Part shown: piece after piece, positions 27,064 through 35,530 of the stretch
Numbering within the stretch: position 1 is the first letter of the stretch
Layout: each line of letters starts with the position of its first letter
Assembly (NCBI GenBank): GCA_963805555.1
Contig: CAWDUY010000018.1
Coordinates: 213,364-277,363 of the forward strand
Reading direction: 5' to 3'
Origin: an uncultured Actinomycetota bacterium
Lineage (GTDB): Bacteria; Actinomycetota; Actinomycetes; Mycobacteriales; Nakamurellaceae
Length of the DNA: 64,000 bases
Notes under the pieces: generated by a model
What the model was told of the DNA's origin: nothing
Seen by the model: the letters and a program-made list of their open reading frames with translations, nothing else
The model's database searches: none
Position numbers and translations under genes: made by a program

Positions 27064-29942
27064 CGGCTCACCTGGCGAGCACGGCGCGCCGCCCGGTTGC
27101 CGGGGGTGGCCAGGTCGAACCGGTCCAGCACGCCCTGCCGGTCGAGTTCGGCACCCATGGACCGGAGCACGTCGAGCACCAGGCCGATGACGATCAGGTA
27201 GACGCCGATGTCGAAAATGGTGGAGGTGACGAACTTCAGGTCGCCGAGCAGCGGCACGGTTGCCTTCAAGATCGTCGATTGCAGGGCCGCACCACCGGCG
27301 ACGACGCCGTACACGGCGGTCGCCGACGAGATGAACAGGCCGACGCCCATCAGGATGCCGGGATCGACCGGTGCTGCCTCGCCCAGCTCGTAGGCGCCGC
27401 CGGCGATGTACCGCAGCGCCAGCGCGAGGCCGACGATCAGCCCGGCCGCGAACCCGCCGCCCGGCTCGTCATGCCCGACGAACAGCACGTACACGGAGAA
27501 CACCACGATGATGTGGAAGATCATCCGGGTGACGACCTCGAGCAGCAGCGACCGGCGCGGCATCCAGTTGGTCGCCAACCACGGTGACGGCTGCCGCGGC
27601 CGCACCGGGTTGGTCACCACCGCCGGCTCGCTGGGCGCGCGCCCCGTCCGCCGGACCAGGAAGATCAGCGACGCGACACCGGTCGCGGCCGCGATCAACA
27701 CGGTCACCTCGCCGTAGGTGTCCCACGCCCGCACGTCCACCAGAATGACGTTGACGATGTTCCGGCCACCCGCGAACTCCACCGCAGGTCCGGCCAGGTC
27801 CGCGGACACGGGTGTCGCCGTTCGAGCTCCGGGAATGATCAGGGCGAGCGCCGTCATCAGGGCACCGGACGCCACCGCGATGGCCGCGCGAAAGCCATTG
27901 CCCTTGTGCGTGGCGTAAAGGGCGTCGTCCGGGAGTCGGGTGAGCACGAGCAGGGCGGCGATCAGGGTGACGGTCTCCACCAGGATCTGGGTCAGCGCGA
28001 GATCAGGGGCACCGCGCAGGATGAACAGCACGGCGATGGCATAGCCGGCCCCGCCGACCATCAGCACCGCGGTCAGCCCGCGTTTGACCCGCACAGTTGC
28101 GGCCGCGATGCCGAGAATGACCAGCGACAGCACCAGTTGCGCCGGTTCGCCGAGCAGGGTGACGTCCTTCGGGCTGGTGTTCGCCCTGATCAACATCAGC
28201 CCGGGGAACGCAACGAGCACCAACAGAATGGCGCCGAGGGAAACTGGCAGGGAGCCGCGCTGGGTGGCCGACGTGACGCCGTCGGCGATCTCGTCGACCC
28301 CCCTGGCCGTCGCCCGGTAGACCGCTCCCGGTTCGCCGCCCGGCCGGGCAATCTCGGTGCGGCGCTCCCTGCCGAGCTGCGCATAGAAGATCCCGGCACC
28401 GACAGCCCAACCGGCCGCGGACAGCGCGAGCGGCAGTTCCAGTCCGTGCCACAGTGCCATCGCACCCTCGTGGGTCGGGCCGGCGGTCTGCGCGTACGAC
28501 TGCAACAGCGGCTCGAGCAGTGCCGGGACGATGCCGAGCACCAGGCCGAGAACGACCAGGAACATCGTCGGCCCCGTCATCCAGGCCGACGATGCTGTCG
28601 GCTTCGTGGTCGCAACGCCCGGTTTGGTGGCGAACGCCCCCCAGAGGAACCTGGCGCTGTAGGCGACGGTGAGGGCCGACCCGACGGCCATCACGGCGGT
28701 CCCGATCGCGCCCGCGGTGCCGCCGTCCAGCAGTCCCGCGTACCCGGCTTCCTTGGCGGCGAAGCCGATCATCGGCGGGATGCCGGCCATGCTGATCGCG
28801 GCCAGGGTGGCCATCACCGCGACCAGCGGCATGCTCTTGCCGAGCCCCGCGAGCTTGGTGAAATCCCTTGTTCCGGTGGACGTATCGATGATGCCGACGG
28901 CGAAGAACAGCGGCGCCTTGAACGTGGCGTGGGCGATCAGCATGGCCATCCCGCCGAGCAGCGCGTCCGGGTTGCCGCAGCCGAGCAGCAGCGTCATCAG
29001 CCCGAGTTGGGAGACCGTCCCGTAGGCCAGCAGCAGCTTGAGGTCGCGTTGCCGGAGTGCAACGACGCCGCCGTAGAGCATGGTGGCGCCGCCGAGCGTC
29101 ATCAGCAGCGGTTGCCAGAGCGGTAGCACCGCGAACGCCGGGGCGAGCCGGGCGAACAGGTAGATGCCGGCCTTGACCATCGTCGCGGCGTGCAGGAACG
29201 CGCTCGCCGGGGTGGGCGCTGCCATCGCGCCCGGCAGCCAGAACTGGAACGGGATGATCGCGGATTTGCTGATTCCCCCGACGATCATCAGCACGATCGC
29301 GGTGGTGATCATCGGCCCGGACGGCGGGTTCGCGATGATCTCCGAGATGGTGAAGGTGCCGGCCGTGACGCCCAGCATCACCACGCCGACCAACATCACC
29401 AGGCCGCCGGCGGTGGTCACCATCAGGGCCTGCGAGGCGGCCATCCGGGACGACCGCTTGCCGGTGCGGTGCGCGATCAGCAGGTACGACAGGATGCCGG
29501 TGAGCTCCCAGAAGATCACCAGCAGGATCAGGTTGTCCGCCCAGACCAGTCCGAGCATGGCGCCGGCGAAGGCGATCAACGCGCCGCTGTACCGGCCGAG
29601 GCCCTCGTCGGCGTCCGGGAAGTACCGCGCCGAGTAGAGCAGCACCAGGGTCCCGACCCCGGCGATGACCAGCGTCATGATCATCGCCAGGGCGTCCAGG
29701 CGCAGGTCGATGGACAGCGAGAGCGACGGAACCCATTGCATGCTGGTTGATCTCGACCCGCCGTCGAGGACGGCCGGGAGCTGCGCCAGCGCCCAGACCG
29801 TGGTGGCGCCCGGCAACAGCGCCAGCGCGAGCAGCCCGTTGCGGTTCAGCGCCTTGCAGATAGCCGGTGAGACCAGGGCGACCAGGAAGTACGCGGCCAG
29901 AAACCAAGGAGCGAGCACGAAAACTCCGGTATCGCCCGTCAT
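27060..29942 (-). CDS. mnhA: Na+/H+ antiporter subunit A (fused MnhA/MnhB, NuoL-like)
   Basis: 960-aa polytopic ORF and first gene of the operon. The NuoL/ND5-like region is followed by an MnhB-like C-terminal domain. Confidence 0.88.
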   Translation of the reverse strand: MTGDTGVFVLAPWFLAAYFLVALVSPAICKALNRNGLLALALLPGATTVWALAQLPAVLDGGSRSTSMQWVPSLSLSIDLRLDALAMIMTLVIAGVGTLVLLYSARYFPDADEGLGRYSGALIAFAGAMLGLVWADNLILLVIFWELTGILSYLLIAHRTGKRSSRMAASQALMVTTAGGLVMLVGVVMLGVTAGTFTISEIIANPPSGPMITTAIVLMIVGGISKSAIIPFQFWLPGAMAAPTPASAFLHAATMVKAGIYLFARLAPAFAVLPLWQPLLMTLGGATMLYGGVVALRQRDLKLLLAYGTVSQLGLMTLLLGCGNPDALLGGMAMLIAHATFKAPLFFAVGIIDTSTGTRDFTKLAGLGKSMPLVAVMATLAAISMAGIPPMIGFAAKEAGYAGLLDGGTAGAIGTAVMAVGSALTVAYSARFLWGAFATKPGVATTKPTASSAWMTGPTMFLVVLGLVLGIVPALLEPLLQSYAQTAGPTHEGAMALWHGLELPLALSAAGWAVGAGIFYAQLGRERRTEIARPGGEPGAVYRATARGVDEIADGVTSATQRGSLPVSLGAILLVLVAFPGLMLIRANTSPKDVTLLGEPAQLVLSLVILGIAAATVRVKRGLTAVLMVGGAGYAIAVLFILRGAPDLALTQILVETVTLIAALLVLTRLPDDALYATHKGNGFRAAIAVASGALMTALALIIPGARTATPVSADLAGPAVEFAGGRNIVNVILVDVRAWDTYGEVTVLIAAATGVASLIFLVRRTGRAPSEPAVVTNPVRPRQPSPWLATNWMPRRSLLLEVVTRMIFHIIVVFSVYVLFVGHDEPGGGFAAGLIVGLALALRYIAGGAYELGEAAPVDPGILMGVGLFISSATAVYGVVAGGAALQSTILKATVPLLGDLKFVTSTIFDIGVYLIVIGLVLDVLRSMGAELDRQGVLDRFDLATPGNRAARRARQVSR

Positions 29943-30124
29943 TCCATGCCCTGGAGCGGTTGCGTGCCGCCGTTGGTGGCTTGGGTACGGGCCGGTCGCA
30001 CGAGTCTCCCGAAGGGGTTGAGGGCCGAAGCGTCAACCCTACCGAGTGGAGTCGCTCATTCCTGCTGCGGGGACCGTCTGCCCACGGGTACGGGACGGTG
30101 ATTTCGGCGGCTGGAGCAGGAGCG

Positions 30125-30301
30125 TCAGCCGATCTTGATGGAGTCAACCATCGCGGCAAGCTGGGCTTTGGTGGCATCAGATGTCGAAGCGGACGACCAG
30201 TAGCTGATGATGCCGCGCGCTCCGTTCAGGTCGAGGATCCACATTGCCACGGGTTCGTCCGGCGCCTCCACGTAGGACTGAATTCGACCATCGTTGACCA
30301 T
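30125..30301 (-). pseudogene. possible 5'-truncated gene remnant (58 codons from the only ATG; frame open from 30349)
   Basis: Frame reads ...DTQWCEHAGTYATMVNDGRIQSYVEAPDEPVAMWILDLNGARGIISYWSSASTSDATKAQLAAMVDSIKIG*. Third-position GC is moderately high, there is no RBS, and a stop lies just upstream. The local patch is less GC-rich than its surroundings. Confidence 0.25.
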
Positions 30302-30390
30302 CGTCGCGTAGGTGCCGGCATGCTCACACCACTGAGTGTCCTGCCAACCTCATGCGTAAGACAGAACGGACAAAATGGGTTATCCACCGA

Positions 30391-31089
30391 TCAGAGCAGT
30401 GCGCGAGTGGTGGAGGCGTCGGCCTCCAGTTCGGCGAAGACGCCGCGGATGGCATCCAGCGAGTCGTTCACCTGCGCGGCCTCGCTGACCCCGTCGGTCT
30501 CGACGCCGACCAGGTTCGCGGTGGTGGAAAGCTCCAACAGCTTCGCGTAGACCTCGCCGACCTCGTCGACCGCGGCATTCAGCTTGGTGAGCAGCGCCTG
30601 CCGGCGGTCGACCATGCGTTGCACGGAGGCGCGCACCTCGCCGGACTGCGGCATCTGCCGGGCGACACCCTGTGCCCGGTAGACCGCCTCGTCGACGGCA
30701 TCGACGGCGCGGGCCACCCGGTTCGCCACGCTCTCGGCGCTGCGCGCGGCCTCGACGGCCTGGAACGCGGACACCCCGACAGCCGGCGCCAGGTCGGTCT
30801 GCTGCAGCCGATCGAGGTCGGCGCGATAGCCCTGCAGGGTCGCAACCAGGTTGGCCTGCACCGTGCCGGGGCGTAACGGGGGGAGCTCGGGCTCTTCGGC
30901 GCCGGCGCCGTCACCCCGAACCGCACCCCCGACGACGGCGGCCACCCCGAGCATGCCGGCGCCGACCAATCCGACAGCACCGGCCGGCAATCCGATCGCC
31001 CACGCCGACCCCACCCCGATGCCGGCGACGACCAGGCTCCACGGATCCCGCAGCGCCCGGCCGGCCCGGGAGAGGAAGGAACCTGCCAT
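30391..31089 (-). CDS. hypothetical membrane-anchored coiled-coil protein
   Basis: MAGSFLSRAGRALRDPWSLVVAGIGVGSAWAIGLPAGAVGLVGAGMLGVAAVVGG, followed by a helical Ala/Val/Gln-rich domain. It starts 25 nt after the vWA gene stop. Confidence 0.6.
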   Translation of the reverse strand: MAGSFLSRAGRALRDPWSLVVAGIGVGSAWAIGLPAGAVGLVGAGMLGVAAVVGGAVRGDGAGAEEPELPPLRPGTVQANLVATLQGYRADLDRLQQTDLAPAVGVSAFQAVEAARSAESVANRVARAVDAVDEAVYRAQGVARQMPQSGEVRASVQRMVDRRQALLTKLNAAVDEVGEVYAKLLELSTTANLVGVETDGVSEAAQVNDSLDAIRGVFAELEADASTTRALL

Positions 31090-31114
31090 CTGCGGTGATC
31101 CTTTTCGCCAAGGG

Positions 31115-32971
31115 TCAGAAGTTGGACAGGACGTTGGCGAAGACCTTGTCGATCGACGCCGGGTTACGGGCATCGTAGGCCGCCGCCCGGGATGCCTCGG
31201 AAATCTGCTGCAAGGTCTCCAGGTCGGCATCCGGGCCGTAGGCGATCGTGAAGACCCGGACCCCGTTCTCCTGCGCGCTCGCCTCCAACTGCCGGAGCAG
31301 GCCGTCCAGGTCGTTGTCGGTGAACTCGTTGCGACCGTCGGTGAGCACCACGACCGCGTTGATCGACGCCGGGTCCCTGGTCGCGTTCATCTCGTCCGAC
31401 GCCACCTTGGTCGCCGCGTACAACGGGGTCCCGTTCAGCGGCGTCAGCTGGGCGATCGCGTCGGTGATCGGCTGCCTCGTCGTGCTCAGCGGGCCGACGT
31501 CGACCAGATCGGCCGTGATGGTGTTCGGCGTCGGCAGGTCCGTGGTGAAGACCGAGAAACCGACCTGGTCGGTGTCGACGAGTTGATCGAGCGCGGTGGT
31601 GGCCGCGGACTTGGCCAGGTCGAGTTTGGACTTGCCACCGGAACCGGAATCGCTGGCCATCGACCCGGACACGTCCATCAGCACCAGCACCCGGGCGCTC
31701 TTGCGAACCTCCGCCCACAGGGCCCGGACATCCCGCAGCACATCCGGGCTCGGCGGGTTCAGCGCAATCGTCACTCCATCGGCGATCAGATACGGGCTGG
31801 AAGTGATCGGCTCACCGGGCTGTTGATCAGCTGTCCGGAAGAAGCTGTCGGTGAAAACCTTCTGCTGTTCCGGAAGCTGCAGGTACTCCAGGAAGTCCTG
31901 CGCGCCGGCCTTCTTCTCCGCCGACGCCCACGGCGCGTCGAGAATGACGTAGGGGCTGTCGCTGTAAAGCGTGCCCTCCTTGGGATAAACAGCCACCAAC
32001 GGCACCTTCGGTGGCGCGTGGTCCCCCAGGGTCTTCGGGTCGCCGCTGGGATTTCCGGCGTTGTAGTCGAGCACGCTCTTTTCCTCGACGGCCGCCGCGG
32101 ACAGGTAGCCAAGGGCAGCGCCGGCATCATCGGCGCGTTGCAGGTTCGACAGATAGGTCAGCGTCGTGTCGCCGTAATGCACGACGGAGCTCTCCACGTC
32201 CTTCAGGTACTGCTGCACCTCCGGCTTCTGCAGTGCCGCCTGGGTCAGGTCCGATGACGTACCGGTGGCGGCCACCAGGGTGCCGATGGTCGCGGCGAGC
32301 CCCGATGTCGACACGTTGGGGTTGGTCTTGCCGAGGGTGAACTTGCCCCATTCCGGGTGGCCCTTGGAGGCCCAGCCCTGCGGATCGGTGGCCAGCGCCA
32401 GCACGTCGGCCCAGCCGATCGGCGCATCCGGCCAGCCCAGCGCCTTCGCCATCGGTTCCGGCATTGCCAGCACCAGCGGGGTAGATGTCACCGACTCCGA
32501 TGTGGTGGGAAGGATATTCGGCCGATCTTTGGCCGTCAGATCGCTCTGCAGCAGGCTGACCCAGGTGGACGCGGCCGGCGTCCAGACGTCGGGCGACGGG
32601 CCGTTCAACGTCTCGTCCCAGCCTGCGGCGAGGTTGGACTCAGCGGTGCCGGACGCCGCCGAGGTCACGGCGATGTCGAAACACTTGCCGTCAACGGTGC
32701 GGCCGGAATCCCGGTAGCTGTTCGCGATCTCCCCCATCAAAGCGGCCTTCTCGCTGGAGGCGGCGATGTTGACGGTCGTGCAGCCGTCGCGGGGCGGCTG
32801 GACCGCGGTCTGACCGTCGGTCGCGGCCACGTCGGATCCGGTGGTCGGCTCCTCGTCCTGAGTGGTGAAGTACCGGATCCCCACGATCAGCAGCACACCC
32901 GCGACGATCGCCGCGATAATCGGCACCTTGCTGCTGCGCTTGGGTGTGCCCGTTCCGGACGGTTGCGTCAC
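31115..32971 (-). CDS. substrate-binding and vWA domain-containing protein
   Basis: N-terminal TM segment, a periplasmic-binding-protein-like middle region, and a C-terminal vWA domain with MIDAS motif VLVLMDVSGSMA. Confidence 0.8.
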   Translation of the reverse strand: MTQPSGTGTPKRSSKVPIIAAIVAGVLLIVGIRYFTTQDEEPTTGSDVAATDGQTAVQPPRDGCTTVNIAASSEKAALMGEIANSYRDSGRTVDGKCFDIAVTSAASGTAESNLAAGWDETLNGPSPDVWTPAASTWVSLLQSDLTAKDRPNILPTTSESVTSTPLVLAMPEPMAKALGWPDAPIGWADVLALATDPQGWASKGHPEWGKFTLGKTNPNVSTSGLAATIGTLVAATGTSSDLTQAALQKPEVQQYLKDVESSVVHYGDTTLTYLSNLQRADDAGAALGYLSAAAVEEKSVLDYNAGNPSGDPKTLGDHAPPKVPLVAVYPKEGTLYSDSPYVILDAPWASAEKKAGAQDFLEYLQLPEQQKVFTDSFFRTADQQPGEPITSSPYLIADGVTIALNPPSPDVLRDVRALWAEVRKSARVLVLMDVSGSMASDSGSGGKSKLDLAKSAATTALDQLVDTDQVGFSVFTTDLPTPNTITADLVDVGPLSTTRQPITDAIAQLTPLNGTPLYAATKVASDEMNATRDPASINAVVVLTDGRNEFTDNDLDGLLRQLEASAQENGVRVFTIAYGPDADLETLQQISEASRAAAYDARNPASIDKVFANVLSNF

Positions 32972-33124
32972 CGGTCAGCCCCTCCCTGCCTCTGTCGGCG
33001 GCTCAGGAGTCGGGCCGACCGTTCGCTCATTGTGCCCGTGCGGGATCGCTATTCCGCTACGTCCGAAATGGGCGATTTCGGCTGGTGCCGCCTGGTGGAC
33101 CGATCGGAACCGGCTCCGCTCCCG

Positions 33125-33217
33125 TCAGCGGGTATTCGGCCGACCCTCGTTCTTGTTCACCTTGCGTCTGGCCAGCGATGACACGATCTTGTCGATCCAG
33201 CCCATCACGGTCTTCAT
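33125..33217 (-). CDS. candidate 30-aa basic small protein
   Basis: MKTVMGWIDKIVSSLARRKVNKNEGRPNTR. G or C occupies the third position of 24 of 29 codons. A purine-rich stretch ggaaagcagggg lies upstream. It is too short to appear in the ORF track. Confidence 0.4.
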   Translation of the reverse strand: MKTVMGWIDKIVSSLARRKVNKNEGRPNTR

Positions 33218-33382
33218 TGCGGCCCCTGCTTTCCGATGTCGTGCCGACGGACCGGGTGGATGCAGGATTGCCGCCGCCGGTCGACGCTGCTACCCGGTGT
33301 GGGCTCCAGGGTGCCACGCGGTGGTGACGACGCGGCCACGAACGACACAGGGGCCGTCCGGCGGGCCGGGGGCATCATCCGG

Positions 33383-34585
33383 TCAGCGCGCGGATTGCAG
33401 GATGTCCCGCGGCTTCGACGGCTCCAGCTCGGTGCCCGGCGCCAGCACGGCGCCGGCCTTCACCCGTCGGCGCACACCGATCAGCACGGGATGACGCGCG
33501 TTCGCCGCACCCACCGTTGCCGAAGCCCCGATGACCGCGTGCTCGCTGGCGGCCGCGCGGCTCACCTTCGCCCCGGCCCGTACGACGACGTCGGCCATCA
33601 GGACGCTGTGCCGTACCTCCGCGCCCCGCTCCACCCGCACCCCCGGACCGATGATGGAGTCGACGACCGTCCCGGCGATGTCGGCCCCCGGGCACAGCCA
33701 GGCGCGATCGAGGTGAGCGGAACGGTGCACGGTGGCCGGTGTCCGGATCGGCATCGACGTCAGGATGGGCCACTCCGGGTCATCGAGCCGCATGGGCGGG
33801 CGGTCCTTGAGCAGTTCGAGCTGACCGTCCAGGTAGGCCTGCGGCGTTCCGAGGTCGCGCCAGTGCCGGCGATGGTCGAACGCGGTGACCGAGCCGCCGG
33901 CCACCAGCGACGGGATCAGGCGTTCGCCGTAGTCACCCAGGTCGCCGCCGGCGCGTTCCAGCTGACGAAGGTGCTCCAGCAGGCTGGCCGGCCGGTAGCA
34001 GAACACCTCGGTGCCGACGGTTCGGCCGTGCGGGTGCTCGGGCTTGTAGTCGACGGACGTGACCCGGCCGCCGGCCGCCTGCACCACCAGATACCGCGAA
34101 ACATCCGACCCCGCCGGCATTGTCGTGCTGACCACGGTGCAATCGGCGGCCGCGTCGAGATGCGCCGCGATCACCTCCCGGTAGTCGATCTGGAACAGGT
34201 GGTCGGCACTGCAGACCAGCAGCACGTCCGGATCGAAAGCGGCGATGAGCGGCCAGTTCTTGGCCAGCGCGTCGGCGTTCCCGCCGGCGAAGCCGTCCCG
34301 GTCGTGGCCCTGGAACGGCGGGAGGGTGCGGAACCCACCGCGGGTGCGGTCGAGGTCCCAGGGCCGACCGCCGGCGAGATGCTCGTTCAGCAGATGTGGT
34401 TCGTACTGCTGCAGCACCCAGACCTCGGTGAGCGCGCTGTGCGCTGCGTTCGACAGCGAGATGTCGATCAGCCGGTAGTTGCCGCCGACCGGGAGCGACG
34501 GCTTGGCCCGCCCGGTGGTCAGCGGACCGAGGCGTGAACCTCGGCCACCGGCGAGCACGATGCACAAAACCCGGGGCGCAGCCAT
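33383..34585 (-). CDS. glgC: glucose-1-phosphate adenylyltransferase family protein
   Basis: N-terminus LCIVLAGGRGSRLGPLTTGRAKPSLPVGGNYRLIDISLSN, with a left-handed beta-helix-like C-terminus. 400 aa. Confidence 0.8.
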   Translation of the reverse strand: MAAPRVLCIVLAGGRGSRLGPLTTGRAKPSLPVGGNYRLIDISLSNAAHSALTEVWVLQQYEPHLLNEHLAGGRPWDLDRTRGGFRTLPPFQGHDRDGFAGGNADALAKNWPLIAAFDPDVLLVCSADHLFQIDYREVIAAHLDAAADCTVVSTTMPAGSDVSRYLVVQAAGGRVTSVDYKPEHPHGRTVGTEVFCYRPASLLEHLRQLERAGGDLGDYGERLIPSLVAGGSVTAFDHRRHWRDLGTPQAYLDGQLELLKDRPPMRLDDPEWPILTSMPIRTPATVHRSAHLDRAWLCPGADIAGTVVDSIIGPGVRVERGAEVRHSVLMADVVVRAGAKVSRAAASEHAVIGASATVGAANARHPVLIGVRRRVKAGAVLAPGTELEPSKPRDILQSAR

Positions 34586-34625
34586 TCGACCATGGTGCCT
34601 GTCGGTCCGGCGGGCCCAGCGAATC

Positions 34626-35276
34626 TCAGCTGACGCCGACCGGCCGGAACTGGATGCTGACCCGCGGGCCGACCGGCCTGAGCGTCTTCGGTATGGCGTG
34701 TTCCCAGGTCCGCTGGCAACTGCCGCCCATCACGATCAGATCGCCATGACCGAGGTTGAACCGGTGGCTCGGTCCGCCGGTGCGCGGCCGCAGCATCAGC
34801 GCGCGCGCCGATCCGACGGACAGGATCGCCACCATGGTGTCGCTGTGCGCGCCGCGACCGATGGTGTCGCCGTGCCAGGCGACGCTGTCCGCCCCGTCGC
34901 GATACAGACACAATCCCGCCGTGACGAAGGGTTCGCCCAGCTCCGGGCCGTAGTAGTCGTTCAACTGCGCACGAGCATCGGTCAAGGTCGGGTGCGGCAG
35001 CGGCGCCGCGCCGCTGTACCAGCTGAGCAACCGCGGGACGGCGACCTCCCGTTCGTACATCTGGCGGCGTTCGGCCCGCCAGGGCACATCGGCCAGCAAT
35101 CGGTCGAGCACCAGATCCGACCCGGTGAGCCAGCCAGGGAGGTGATCGACCCAGGCACCGTCGGTGAGCCGGGTGCGCCGAACGCGCCCCGCGAGCCCGG
35201 TCAGCTCGGGCACGTCCGCGGTGTCGAACATCGACGGCTGATGCCACCCGGTCACCGTCACACCATAGCAATCCAT
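34626..35276 (-). CDS. alkB: alpha-ketoglutarate/Fe(II)-dependent dioxygenase AlkB (DNA/RNA alkylation repair)
   Basis: HxD in VAWHGDTIG and a distal His in RTWEHAIPK. 216 aa. Confidence 0.8.
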   Translation of the reverse strand: MDCYGVTVTGWHQPSMFDTADVPELTGLAGRVRRTRLTDGAWVDHLPGWLTGSDLVLDRLLADVPWRAERRQMYEREVAVPRLLSWYSGAAPLPHPTLTDARAQLNDYYGPELGEPFVTAGLCLYRDGADSVAWHGDTIGRGAHSDTMVAILSVGSARALMLRPRTGGPSHRFNLGHGDLIVMGGSCQRTWEHAIPKTLRPVGPRVSIQFRPVGVS

Positions 35277-35291
35277 CGAACACTTGTCCGA
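35276..35291. promoter_or_regulatory. SOS-box-like site (one mismatch) abutting the alkB start codon
   Basis: TCGAAC-ACTT-GTCCGA compared with consensus TCGAAC-N4-GTTCGA. Its first T is the last base of the alkB ATG complement. Confidence 0.35.
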
Positions 35292-35317
35292 TCAGCGCGG
35301 CCGATAGGCTCGCCGAC

Positions 35318-35530
35318 ATGAACGAGCGCCAGCGAGTGAACAGTCGGCCAGGTGCCGGCAATCCGCGAGGTACGAGCGGAGAGCCGGCATGAACGAGCGC
35401 CAGCGAGTGAACAGTCGGCCAGGTGCCGGCAATCCGCGAGGTACGAGCGGAGAGCCGGCATGAACGAGCGCCAGCGAGTGAACAGTCGGCCAGGTGCCGG
35501 CAATCCGCGAGGTACGAGCGGAGAGCCGGC
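35318..35530 (+). repeat. three perfect 71-bp tandem repeats (MIRU/VNTR-like), each carrying an ATG-initiated 24-codon mini-ORF
   Basis: The unit is atgaacgagcgccagcgagtgaacagtcggccaggtgccggcaatccgcgaggtacgagcggagagccggc, starting at 35318, 35389 and 35460. A fourth, diverged unit start forms the real CDS start at 35531. Confidence 0.95.

Noticed and set aside
28003-30177. 724-aa minus-strand ORF
   Set aside because: It is an alternate frame of mnhA (27060-29942). Its composition is Arg/Pro/Gly-rich junk, whereas the mnhA frame gives a coherent polytopic membrane protein.
35318-35530. Possible CRISPR array (71-bp perfect repeats); likewise the 9-nt, 15-nt and 54-nt arrays
   Set aside because: The repeats are directly abutting with no unique spacers. 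There are no cas genes in the window. These are tandem minisatellites.
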